A DNA stretch of 24,511 bases from Octopus sinensis (taxonomy: Eukaryota): contig NW_021836283.1 in assembly GCF_006345805.1 (NCBI RefSeq), positions 1-24,511 on the forward strand. The letters are read 5' to 3'. Positions 8,578 to 19,620 of the stretch are shown piece after piece. Each line of letters opens with the position of its first letter. The first letter of the stretch is position 1. The position numbers were made by a program, and so were the translations under genes. The notes beneath the pieces were generated by a model. That model was given only the letters and a program-made list of their open reading frames with translations. It had not been told where the DNA came from and did no database searches.

Positions 8578-9125
8578 TCTCTTTTACTCTCTTTTACTTG
8601 TTTCGGTGATTTGACTGCGGCCATGCTGGGGCACTGCCTCTTTAGTCGAGCAAATCGACCCCGGGACTTATTCTTTTTGTAAGCCCAGTACTTATTCTAT
8701 CGGTCGCGTTTGCCGAACCGCTAAGTGACGGGGATGTAAACACACCAGCATCGGTTGTCAAGCAATGTTGGGGGGACAAACACAGACACACAAACACACA
8801 CACGCATATATATATATACATACATCCAGCTGTAGAAACACTGCCAGATCTGACTGGCCTGGTGCAGCCTTCAGGCTTGCCAGACCCCAGTTGAACCGTC
8901 CAACCCATGCTAGCATGGAAAGCGGACGTTAAACGATGATGATGATGATGATGATGATGATATACGACGGGCTTCTTTCAGTTTCCGTCTACCAAATCCA
9001 CTCACAAGGCTTTGGTCGGCCCGGGGCTATAGCAGAAGACGCTTGCCCAAGATGCCACGCAGTGGGACTGAACCCGGAACCTTGTGGTTGGTTAGCAAGC
9101 TACTTACCACACAGCCACTCTTGCG
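8578..9125 (-). mobile_element. Full-length SINE-BC, itself interrupted by an RTE tail
   Basis: C part 8578-8800 and B part 8961-9125, both close matches to the 5388-5790 copy. Confidence 0.9.
8823..8960 (+). mobile_element. 5'-truncated RTE 3' end inserted in the SINE linker
   Basis: CATCCAGCTGTAGAAACACTGCCAGATC...GGACGTTAAAC(GAT)n. Confidence 0.9.
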
Positions 9126-9230
9126 TGTATGTTTTAGAATGACATTGTAGGGTAGGTGTGAGAGGACAGATCCAGCTGGTCAGAACATAAAAGAAGGTTG
9201 ACTATTTGATGAAGATATGACTGGTTTAAG

Positions 9231-9347
9231 CCTTTAAGCATTGGAACTACTCCATCAAAATGTAAGGCTTCTTTATTGACATTGTCTTCTGTTAATCCTG
9301 ACATTATCTCATAGCTTTGAGATTTCTGTGATGGGATTATTTATTTG
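9231..9347. mobile_element. Second partial copy of the TTAA-type MITE
   Basis: CTGTTAATCCTGACATTATCTCATAGCTTTGAGATTTCTGTGATGGGATT is nearly identical to 8529-8577. Confidence 0.5.
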
Positions 9348-9349
9348 AA

Positions 9350-9703
9350 GGGATTGAATCAATTATATCGCCCCAGTGCGAAACTGGTACTTTATTTATC
9401 GACCCCGAAAGGGTGAAAGGCAAAGTTGACCTCGGTGGAATTTGAACTCAGACGTAACGACAGATGAAATACCTATTTCTTTACTACCCACAAGGGGCTA
9501 AACACAGAGGGACAAACAAGGACAGACATAGGGATTAAGTCGATTACATCGACCCCAGTGCGTAACTGGTACTTAATTTATCGACCCCGAAAGGATGAAA
9601 GGCAATGTCGACCTCAGTGGAATTTGAACTCAGAACATAGCAACAGATGAAATACCACTAAGCATTTCCCTGGGCGCTCTAATGTGTCTGCCAGCTCACA
9701 GCC
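9350..9703 (-). mobile_element. SINE-A dimer: full-head unit 9474-9703 plus headless unit 9350-9473
   Basis: Head GAGCTGGCAGACACATTAG...GTTCAAATTCC; junction AAAGAAATA|GGTATTTC at 9474/9473. Confidence 0.9.
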
Positions 9704-10049
9704 TTCAAAACAAGACAGATATACACAACCCAACCAAGCCCACCACAACTTGGGTCCCTCCCTGCACTACCCCCAACATCCCTATAACACAAACAACTAT
9801 CATTTCTGCTTCAGTGACCATCATCTCCCTGAATGTGTTCAGTGAAGCATCACTAATCCCACTTTAATGATAGGGTCCCCTTTTCATGAGGAGGCTGTGT
9901 GTATATGAGGGTGTATATATGTGTGTGTGTGTGTGTGGTGTAGAGGTTGGGTGTATATAGTTGGGTTCCAAATAGCATGTCATGGGTATATAATGGGTGT
10001 ATAGAGGATGTACAGCAGGTGTGTGATGTTGAACATGTAGTAAATTTTA

Positions 10050-10450
10050 TACACACACACATATAGGTACATACATACACACACACATGTACATACATAT
10101 ATATATATAAACATACATACATACATATGTATATAATCATATATACATGTATATATACATATATATATATATATATTCAATATATATAAACATATATATA
10201 TATATACATACATACATACACACATGTACATACATATATATATATAAACATACATACATATGTATATAATCATATACATATATATACATAAACCACACAT
10301 ATATATATACATACATACACACATGTACATATATATAAACATACATACATATGTATATTATCATATATACATGTATATATACATGTATATATACATACAA
10401 ATATATATTTATATATATTCAATATATAAACACATATATATATATATACA
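10050..10450. repeat. (TA/TACA)n block with higher-order duplicated units
   Basis: ACACACATGTACATA...ATAAACATACATAC block recurs near 10080, 10220 and 10318. Confidence 0.85.
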
Positions 10451-10454
10451 TACA

Positions 10455-10852
10455 AGGCACAGGCATAGCTGTGTGGTAAGTAGCTTGCTTCCCAACCACA
10501 TGGTTCTGGGTTCAGTCCCACTGCGTGGTACCTTGGGCAAGTGTCGTTTATTATAGCCTTGTGGATTTGGTAGATAGAAACTGAAAGAAGCCTGTCGTAT
10601 ATATATATATATATGTGTGTGTGTGTATGTGTGTGTGTTTGTGTTTGTTCCCCACCATCGATTGTTGGTGTGTTTATGTCCTTATAATGTAGCGGTTTGG
10701 CAAAAGAGACTAATAGAATAAGTGCTGGGCTAATGAAAGAATAAGTCCTCCAGTCGATTATTTCTCCTTCTCCGACCTAAATAATCCCTTTGAGGGCGGT
10801 GCTCCAGCATGGCCAGGACACTGCAAAACATAAAAGGACAAAAGAACAAAAA
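10455..10852 (+). mobile_element. Full-length SINE-BC
   Basis: Pol III boxes, (TA/TG)n linker and GGCGGTGCTCCAGCATGGCC tail. Confidence 0.88.
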
Positions 10853-11201
10853 GGATTGAAGAATATAAATCTATATATATATATTTTTTTTTCCATCCCT
10901 ACTTCATCTACATAAATTCACACAGACAGATTCACTGACACAAATAACCCCCACCCCCACCCCCACCCCGACACCTCCACCCCCCAGAACACACCTCTGA
11001 ATTTCATTCATGCACACCAAAGTTTCTCATCACACCACCACCACATCACACCTTCTCCCCCCCACTGCCGCCACTTCACCCTAATGCTTCAGCATATTCT
11101 GGATACCCACCCACCCCCGCCGCCGCCGCCGCCTGCTACCCCATCCGCCACCCTATAACCTCCTACAACATTCCCTTGCTCACCCTAACCTCCACCACTA
11201 C

Positions 11202-11602
11202 CTCTTTTACTCTTTTACTATTTTACTTGTTTCAGTCATGTGACTGTGGCCATGCTGGAGCACCGCCTTTAATGGAGCAACTCCACCCCAGGACTTATTC
11301 TTTTGTAAGCCCAGTACTTATTTTATCGGTATCTTTTTGCCAAACCGCTAGGTTACAGGGACGTATACACGCCAGCATCGGTTGTCAAGCAATGCTAGGG
11401 GGACAAACACAAACACACACACATAGATATATATATATATATATACATATACGACGGGCTTCTTTCAGTTTCCGTCTACCAAATCCACTCACAAGGCTTT
11501 GGTTGGCCCAAGGCTATAGAAGACACTTGCCCAAAGTGCCATGCAGTGGGCCTGAACCTGCAACCATGTGGTTGGTTAGCAAGCTACTTACCGCACAGCC
11601 AC
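11202..11602 (-). mobile_element. Full-length SINE-BC
   Basis: Reverse-complement match to 5388-5790. Confidence 0.9.
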
Positions 11603-11619
11603 ATCTTTTGTCCATTGCT

Positions 11620-12003
11620 TTTTCCATGTTTCAGTAATTTTGACTGCGGCCATGCTGGAGCACTGCCGTTAGTGGAACAAACAGACCCTGGGGCTTTTTC
11701 TGTGTAACCTAGTACATATTCTATCGGTCCTTTTTACCGAATCGCTAAGTTATGGGGACGTAAGCACACCAGCATCGGTTTCCAAACGATGTGGGCGGAC
11801 AAACAGACACAAACACATAAATGTATATATATATATATATATATATATGATGGGCTTCTTTCAGTTTCCATCTACCAAATTCAATCACAAGGCTTTGGTC
11901 AGCCCGAGGCTATAGTAGAAGACACTTGCCCAAGGTGCCACGCAGTGGGACTGAACCTGGGACCATGTGGTTGGGAAGCGTTTTACTATACAGCCATACC
12001 TGC
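11620..12003 (-). mobile_element. Full-length SINE-BC, tandem with the previous copy
   Basis: Reverse-complement match to 5388-5790. Confidence 0.88.
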
Positions 12004-12049
12004 ATCTACAGAGCCTTGCTGGCATCTATAATACTTTATTCCTATGGAT

Positions 12050-12062
12050 CAATCGATAGATG

Positions 12063-12101
<39 letters not shown>

Positions 12102-12130
12102 GGGGAGAGAGAGAGAGAGAGAGGGAGATT

Positions 12131-12172
<42 letters not shown>

Positions 12173-12185
12173 CAAACAGACAGAC

Positions 12186-12216
<31 letters not shown>

Positions 12217-12225
12217 CAGATAGAT

Positions 12226-12273
<48 letters not shown>

Positions 12274-12274
12274 G

Positions 12275-12306
<32 letters not shown>

Positions 12307-12373
12307 ACAGCAGACAGATAGATAGATAGATAGAATAGATAGATAGATAGATATAGACAGACAGACAGACAGG

Positions 12374-12413
<40 letters not shown>

Positions 12414-12454
12414 AAGATAGATAGATAGATAGACAGAGAGAGAGAGAGACAGAG

Positions 12455-12489
<35 letters not shown>

Positions 12490-12495
12490 CAGATA
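12050..12495. repeat. (TAGA)n/(GACA)n/(GA)n microsatellite block
   Basis: Direct reading. Confidence 0.97.
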
Positions 12496-13039
12496 TGCTT
12501 GTACACTTGTTAACAGCATCTTTGGGGTCCACATGAAATCACTAGAATTTCCAAATATTTTAAATGACCCTTATTTTACCAAATTAAATATCTCCCCTTT
12601 TTTCACCTCCCATATTTTCCCTTCAACAATAAAAGGACTTAAAATATTTTCTGTCCCCTTAGTGAAAGCAGGGTGTTGGATTGGGTGTGGGAAAGATGGG
12701 GAGAGGGGCTTTTTACATTATTGAAAGTGGGACCTTTAGCAAGAGGGCACTGGGGAGGTTGAGGTAGGCCCTGTGGGGGGGGTGATGTTGTTTACAACCA
12801 CTTGTTCTGTGGTTGCCATGGTGATTATAGGGTCAGCTTCCCAATGTATGAAAAGAAGGGAGTGGTAGCCATTCATGCAGAAAAGAAAAGGAGGGACCAG
12901 GCAGAGGAGGAGGAGGAGGAGGGAAGGGAGTGAGGCAAAGGGCTGGGAAGATATTTGTAGGGGCCTTGAAGGAAAACAAAGATATGGTGGACAAAAGCTC
13001 TTTAGAAAGGATCAATGTCCCTTTACATATGTGGCCCCA

Positions 13040-13815
13040 TGTGTTTGTATGTATGTGTGTGTGTGTGAGAAAAGAATCTATGTGTGTGTGTATGTATATA
13101 TATGTGATTGTGTTGGTGTATGCATGTGTATGTGTGTGTGAATATGTGTATGTGAGTATGTGTATGTATGTGAGTCTGTGTGTGTGTGAATATGTGTATG
13201 TGAGTATGTGTGTATATGTGAGTATGTGTGTATATGCGAGTATGTGTGTGTGTGTGGGAGAGAATCTATATGTGTTGGCATGTGTGTGTGAGAGAGAGAG
13301 GGAGAGAGAATCTATGTGTGTGTATGTATACAAGTGATTGTGTTGGTGTATGTATGTGTATGTGTGTGTGAGTATGCTTGTGTGTGTGTGTGTGTATGTG
13401 TGTGTGTGAGAGAGAGTGAGAGAGACTGTGTGTGTGTGTGTGTCTATATGAATTTGTATACATGTTGGTTTATATGTGCCTGTGTGTGTGTGTGCTTGTT
13501 TACATGTGTGTGCGTTTGTGTGTTGTGTGTTTGTGTATGCATGTGTGTCTGTGTATGTATATGTGTGTGCATCTCTATGTGTTTGTATGTGTATGTGTGT
13601 GTGTATATATGTATATGTGTCTGTTTGTGTATGTATGTATGTGTGTGCATCATTATGTGTGTTTGTATGTGTATATATGAATATGTGTGTTTGTGTGTGT
13701 ATGTATGTGTGTGCATCTGTGTGTGTGTATGTATGTATATGTGTGTCTGTGTCTGTGTATATATGTCTTTGTGTGAGTACATGTGTGTGTGTGTGGTGTG
13801 TGTGTGTGTGTGTGG
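13040..13815. repeat. (TG)n/(TATG)n low-complexity block with duplicated sub-blocks
   Basis: GAATCTATGTGTG...GTGATTGTGTTGGTGTATG recurs near 13075 and 13310. Confidence 0.9.
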
Positions 13816-14144
13816 ACAGTGCTAATAGGTGTAAACTAAAGTGTCAAAGTGTCAAAGGTCATAGAAGGTGTTTGTAGAATGAGAGAGGAATGCTATGAAT
13901 GAGAGTTGGTGGAGCACTTTGGTCAGTGGTCAGTGAGCAGTGAGGGGTCAGATCCCACCAGGGTGTAATAAGGGTGGATGTTGTTTTGATGACAAGGAGG
14001 ATTAAAGCTGTGAAACACACACACACACACAGACTAGATGTGTAAGTTCACATTCACTCCTTTTTGGCCATAAAGAGTTAAAGTGGGACAAATTGACCCC
14101 AGGACTTATTTTCTTAGGCCTTAAGCACTCATTGTAGCCATTAT

Positions 14145-14375
14145 GGCTGGGAGCTGGCAGAAACATTAGCACCCTGGGCAAAATCCCTAGCCCTATTTCA
14201 TCTGTCTTTGTGTTCTGAGTTCAAATTCCGCAGAGGTCGACTTTGCCTTTCATCCTTTCGGGGTCGATAAATAAAGTACCAGTTTGGCACTGGGGTCAAT
14301 GTAATCGACTTAATCCCTTTGTCTGTCCTTGTTTGTCCCCTCTATGTTTAGCCCCTTGTGGGCAGTAAAGAAATA
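14145..14375 (+). mobile_element. Full-length SINE-A monomer
   Basis: Head GGGAGCTGGCAGAAACATTAGCAC, B box GAGTTCAAATTCC, tail GCCCCTTGTGGGCAGTAAAGAAATA. Confidence 0.9.
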
Positions 14376-14391
14376 CATTATTTTCATTGAA

Positions 14392-14500
14392 CAGATCAGA
14401 CTGGAGCCTGGTGCAGCCTCCTGGCTTCCCAGACCCCAGTCGAACCGTCCAACCCATTCTAGCATGGAAAACGGACGTTAAACGATGATGATGATGATGA
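14392..14500 (+). mobile_element. RTE 3' end with (GAT)n tail
   Basis: CAGATCAGACTGGAGCCTGGTGCAGCC...GGACGTTAAAC(GAT)n. Confidence 0.9.
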
Positions 14501-14756
14501 ATCCAGTCGTCCTTTCACACGGAATTTCATCTTTTTGTAAGCTATAACCCTGAAATGATTTTATACATGAACTGTGATTAGGTATAACAGAAAAAAATAT
14601 ATAGAAATATTAAAATTTCTATTATGGAGATGTACTTGCATAGCAAGTGACCTCATCTGAGATCGTGTGCTGAAACAAAAACAATTACAGCGTGGAAGGT
14701 GTTTGTAAGCCATTTAAGAAACACACAAAAGCCGTTCGATTCACTTCAACATTTAA

Positions 14757-14973
14757 CCCTTTCATTACCAACCCGGCTGAAACCGGCTGTGGCTCTGTAG
14801 TACAAATGTCTTGTTTTCAAAAGTTTTGAATTAAAATCTTCCACCAAACTTTAGTCACAATTTATGTTCCCAACACTAGCTTTGGCTAAGTTATTTTACT
14901 AAATTCTTTGTTATATTTAAAATTAATTGAAAGAGACACAGAGCATCTCAAAATAAATACGGTAATGAAAGGG
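14757..14973. mobile_element. piggyBac-type MITE, 217 bp
   Basis: Perfect 13-bp TIRs CCCTTTCATTACC (14757-14769) and GGTAATGAAAGGG (14961-14973), TTAA on both sides (14753-14756, 14974-14977), no ORF. Confidence 0.9.
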
Positions 14974-15334
14974 TTAAGTTTAATTTGTCAAAATATTTTC
15001 GTCGCTTTAAGACCGCGACCTGTTCACTGACAAAAATCCGTGCAGCATCTCAAATATCAAGAGGTGTTTGGACAAGTAACAATTAAAATTTCTAAGTCTC
15101 TCTAAAGGAGACTATGGCCAGCGGTACTGGATATTAATAGTTATCGCCAAGCTAATATGGCAGTCCAGAAATATAGGACAAATGCTGCCATTGATTAGCT
15201 CCAAAAGGATGTATTCCACTGAATTTAGGTAAATAATCCTTGGAACAGATGGTTAGTAGTGACACCTTCTGGGTTCAGCTGCTCTGCATTGATAAGGGGC
15301 ATGTATATGTGAATACATGTATATGTTTGTGTGT

Positions 15335-15533
15335 TTGCTTGCCCCCCCCCCCACCATTGCTTGAGAACCAATATTGGAGTGTTTACATTCCTGTAACTTA
15401 GCAGTTTGGCAAAATGAACTGATAGAATAAGTAGTAGGCTTACAAAGACTAAATCCTGGGGTCGGTTTGTTTGACTAAATGCGGTGCTCCAGCATGGCCG
15501 CAGTCAAAGGACTGAAACAAGAAAAAGAATAAA
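15335..15533 (+). mobile_element. SINE-BC 3' half
   Basis: GCGGTGCTCCAGCATGGCCGCAGTCAAAGGACTGAAACAAG tail. Confidence 0.85.
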
Positions 15534-15668
15534 AATCCACTGGCAAGGCTTTGGTTCTCCCCAAGGCAACAGTAGAAGTCACTCGCCCAAAATGTCACAC
15601 AGTGGGACTGAACCCGGAACCATGGGGTTGGGAAGCAAGTTCCTTAACACTTACCACACAGCTATGTC
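15533..15668 (-). mobile_element. SINE-BC 5' half
   Basis: CAGTGGGACTGAACCCGGAACCATG...TTACCACACAGC on the plus strand. Confidence 0.8.
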
Positions 15669-15761
15669 TAAGTAGTATCAATACCAAACAACATTTTTTT
15701 TTGCCACAATAGTATAGAATTATGTTAATACATTTTAACTCCTTGAAATAAAAGAATAAAA

Positions 15762-16100
15762 GTGTGTGTGTGTGTGCGCGCGCGTGTGTGTGTGTGTGTG
15801 TGTGTAGTGTGTGTGTATGCGTGTGTGTGTGTATGTGTGTGCGTGTGTGTGTGAGTGTGTGTGTATGTGTCTGTGTGTGTGTGTATGCCTGTGCATGTGT
15901 GTGTGTGTGTGTGTGCGTGTGTGTCTGTGATCTGTGTGTATTCGTGTGTATGCATGTGTGTGTGATCGTGTGTCTGTGTGCGTGTATGTATGCCTGTGTA
16001 TGTGTGTATGCGTGTGTGTGTGTATGTGTGTATGCGTGTGTGTGTGTGTATGCGTGTGTGCGTGTGTGCATGCATGTGCCCACGTGTGTGTGTGTGTGCG
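15762..16100. repeat. (TG)n microsatellite block
   Basis: Direct reading. Confidence 0.95.
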
Positions 16101-16414
16101 TGCCTGTTGAATATTGTGAAATAATGAAACAAAGCTCATCTATTCTGGCCATACTTGAAGAAGGGGAGGTCTGGAAAGCATTAGAGTGGGAGGAAGAGCA
16201 GAGGGCAGAGGGCAGTGGTGGTGGGGTCAAGGGTCAGGCAAATGGCACAATACACCACCAAATATGAAGAGCTGGTTGGACCAGAATGGTGAGGAGGCTG
16301 GTGAAAGGAGGCTGATTAATCCGGAACTTTCCTTCTTCTTGTTTTATCTCTGACAATCTCTGTTGTTTTTGTGTTGAACTTTGCAACATTATCTGACCCC
16401 CAGCAAAACTTATT

Positions 16415-16446
16415 ACCACCACCACCACCACCACCACAACCACCAC

Positions 16447-16482
<36 letters not shown>

Positions 16483-16674
16483 AGTCATCATCATCATCAT
16501 CATCATCGTCGTCGTCATCATCATAATCGTCATCATTATTATCATCATCATCATAGTCATCATCATCATCATCGTCGTTGTTGTCGTCGTCGTCGTCGTC
16601 GTCGTCATCATCTTCACCATCATCATTATCGTCATTATCTTCATCATCATCATCATCATCACCATCATCATCAT

Positions 16675-16705
<31 letters not shown>

Positions 16706-16722
16706 GTCATCATCATCATCAT
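16415..16722. repeat. ~300-bp (CAT/CAC/CGT)n triplet array, the expanded tail of the adjacent RTE
   Basis: Direct reading; contiguous with the RTE 3' end at 16723. Confidence 0.93.
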
Positions 16723-17545
16723 TTAACCTGCATTGTCCATGCTGGCATGGGTTGGACGATTTGACCAGGGCTGGAAAGCTGGAAGGCTGCGCCAGACCCC
16801 AGTCTGATATGGTGTGGTGGTTTTCTATGGCCTTCTGATGCCAAACACTCTGAGAGTGTAACAGGTGTTTTTATGTGCCACTGGCACAGGTGCCATTTGC
16901 ATGACTCCCTTATCTGCCATGACTGTGATTTTGCTGGGCTTGATGGTTCTTCTTCTCAAGCCCGACATAATACAAAAGGTCATTGTCTCCATGAGGCCCA
17001 CCACTCAAAAGGTCTTGCTCATTGCTTCCGTGAGGCCCAACATTCAAAAGATGTTCTTTATGTGCCACCAGCATCGGTGCACTTGGCTTGATGGGTCCTC
17101 TTAAGCAGAGCACATCGCCAAAGGTCTCCGTCACCAATCATTGCCTCTGTGGGGCTCCAAGTTCGAAGATCATGCTTCACCACCTTGTCCCATGTCTTCC
17201 TGGGTCTACCTCTACTACAGGGTCCCTCCACAGTTAGAAATAGGCACTTCTTTACACAGTTCTCCTCATCCATATGGCATCACATGACCATACCAGCGCA
17301 TTCGTCTCTCCTGCACACTGCATCTAATTCCTCTTAAGCCTAACTTTTCTCTCAAGATGCTTACACTCTGTCTTGTATGCACACTGACATTGCACATGTA
17401 GTGAAGCATACTGGCTTCATTTCTTTCAAGCCTTACACATGTCCTCGGCTGTCACAGCCCATGATTTCCTGCCATGCAGCATTGCTGTTTGCACACAGGT
17501 ATCAAACAATCTGCCTTTCACTCTGAGAGAGAGGCCCTTTGTTTC
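16415..17545 (-). mobile_element. 5'-truncated RTE-clade LINE: ORF2 C-terminal remnant (~17090-17540, frameshifted), 3' UTR and (GAT)n tail
   Basis: Translation KGLSLRVKGRLFDTCVQTAMLHG...RLERNEASML...GIRCSVQERRMRWYGHVM...MDEENCVKKC...RGRPRKTWDKVVKHDL...DGDLWR carries the RTE motifs RWYGHV and RGRPRKTW. Confidence 0.9.
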
Positions 17546-17555
17546 CTGTGAGATC

Positions 17556-17612
17556 CCGTGTCTTCCTGGGCCTACCTCTACCACGGGTTCCCTCCACAGT
17601 TAGAAATCAACA
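17556..17612 (-). mobile_element. Second short RTE ORF2 fragment
   Basis: Encodes LTVEGTRGRGRPRKTRD; homologous to ~17190-17245. Confidence 0.75.
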
Positions 17613-17740
17613 CTCTGCAATCACATTCTCCACTCCACTCCACTCTCAAATTTTCTCATTTCGAGTGTGCACTTTTAGTGATATTTCTTGCAAGGATCTC
17701 TCCATGACCCTTTGCCTCATAGACAATTGATGTTCAAGAA

Positions 17741-18451
17741 GATAGGTTCTCAAAGTGCCCCCCACCCCCAGTGGGCATTGAGATGGTCCAGGTGGGCGCT
17801 GGTGGGGGCAATAGAGAAAAAGGAAGCCTTGTGAGGAAGGCAGTGGATTGGGGGATGCTATGAATTTATTATAATATTATCATATTATTGTACACAAATT
17901 ATATAATATTATATTAAATATAGGCATAGGAGTGGCTGTGTGGTAAGTAGCTTGTTTATCAACCACATGGTTCTGGGTTCACCTTGGACAAGTGTCTTCT
18001 ACTCTAGCCTCGGGCCGACCAAACCATTGTGAGTGGATTTGGTAGATGGAAACTGAAAGAAGCCCGTCGTATATATATGTATATATATGTATGCGTGGGT
18101 GTGTTTCTGTGTCTGCATTTGTCCCCCTAGCATTGCTTGACAACCAATGCTGGTGTGTTTACGTCCCCGTTACCTAGTGGTTCGGCAAAAGAGACCGATA
18201 GAATAAGTACTGGGCTTACAAAAGAATAAGTCCCGGGGTCGATTTGCTCGATTAAAGGCGGTGCTCCAGCATGGCCGCAGTCAAATGACTGAAACAAATA
18301 AAAGAGTAAAAGAGTAAAGAGATTCATAGTATATATAAATTAGTAAAATATAAAATATTTATTTCTACATAAAAATAGGGGTGGGGGCGCTGGGGGTATT
18401 ATGTAGCCATGAGTGGTGGGGGCGATGGCCAAAACAGTTTGAGAACCTCTG
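17741..18451. mobile_element. hAT (Charlie-like) MITE interrupted by a SINE-BC
   Basis: Ends GATAGGTTCTCAAA and TTTGAGAACCTCTG; flanking 8-mers TTCAAGAA (17733-17740) and GTCTAGAA (18452-18459) match 6/8, consistent with an aged 8-bp TSD. Confidence 0.6.
17922..18321 (+). mobile_element. Full-length SINE-BC
   Basis: Head AGGCATAGGAGTGGCTGTGTGGTAAG and tail CAGTCAAATGACTGAAACAAATAAAAGAG. Confidence 0.9.
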
Positions 18452-18799
18452 GTCTAGAACATCAATAGTAGAAGATGTGGTACTTTTGGTTATCTCAACC
18501 TCATTAAAAAAATTTCCATCAAAATATTGGATTATGTCCGACATGAGATTGGATTAAAAGAGTCAGATCCTCCCCCCACGGGACAAATTTTAGACAAAAA
18601 TATCAAGTAATAAATATTTAAAATTTTTTAAATAAAATTTCATTTTCCTAAAATATTTTTATTGTATAGAAAGAACAGTATCCCAGGGGATGTTGATTGC
18701 CTGAGGGGAGGAATTTTGTCGGGGGGGGGTGGATTTTTGTCCTAGTACCTGGATGGAATGTCCACTACAGAGATGGAGAGTTTGAACAGGTAATTCCAG

Positions 18800-18856
18800 A
18801 TAGAGAAATAGAGAGGGGGGAGGGAGAGAGTGAAATCAATAGATAGATAGAGAGAC

Positions 18857-18901
<45 letters not shown>

Positions 18902-19620
18902 TAGACAGATGGAATGAGAGAAAGAGAGAAAAAGAGCGACAAAAACTGGTAGATAGATAAAAGAGAGAGGGAGAGAAAAAGATAGCGAGAGAGAGGAGAG
19001 AGAGAGAGAGAGAGAGAGCAATATAGATAAACAGGCAGACAGACAGACGGACAGATAGCTAGATAGATGTGAATAGCTTCATAAATAGAGAGAAGGAGAG
19101 AGGCAGGGAGAGAAATGGAGAGGGAAAGGCAGAGACTGGAGACAGAGATAGAGAGAAAAAGAGACAGACAGCGTAAAAGATGTAGAGACAGAGAGATATA
19201 GAGAGAGAAAGAGAGGGGGGGTAAAAATGGAGCATGAGCGAAAGATGCAGCGTCTGAGAGTGAGTGAGACAGAAAGAGAGAAAAGAAGATAGAGAGAGAG
19301 AGAGTAGTGGGAGAGAAGGAAATGGAGGAAGATAAAGACAACGAGAGAGAGACACACACAGAGACAGAGGGAGAGAGAGCGTGAGAGAGACAGGGAGCGC
19401 GAGAAGATAAAGAGAGAGAAAGACAGAGTGGGAGGGAAGGAGAGAACGAAATGGAGGAAGATAAAGGCAATGAGAGAGAGACACACAGAGACAGAGGGAG
19501 AGAGAAGAGAGAGAGAGACACACACACACACACACACAGAGACACAGGGAGAGAGAAAGACACACAGAGACAGAGGGAGAGAGAGCGTGAGAGAGACAGG
19601 GAGCGCGAGGAGATAAGGGA
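18800..19620. repeat. (GA)n/(TAGA)n purine-rich block with internal higher-order duplications
   Basis: GAAATGGAGGAAGATAAAG at ~19320 and ~19448; GAGAGAGCGTGAGAGAGACAGGGAGCGCGAG at ~19373 and ~19580. Confidence 0.9.

Larger units (their letters stand above)
8477..9232. mobile_element. TTAA-type (piggyBac-like) MITE interrupted by a SINE-BC
   Basis: Starts TTAA-CCATTTAGCATT, like the terminus of the MITE at 14757; its segment near 8525-8577 recurs at 9286-9340; non-SINE sequence resumes at 9131; right end degenerate. Confidence 0.5.

Noticed and set aside
9350-9703. SINE-A concatemers as hammerhead-containing retrozymes
   Set aside because: I found no CUGANGA...GAAA core with supporting stems on either strand of the monomer.
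12533-13020. Unique-looking stretch and 63-aa ORF as a coding exon
   Set aside because: Stops interrupt the other frames, there are no convincing splice sites, and no motif is recognisable.
16255-16290. NQLFIFGG resembling a Kelch repeat motif on the minus strand
   Set aside because: Isolated 8-residue similarity without the rest of a Kelch blade, followed shortly by a stop.
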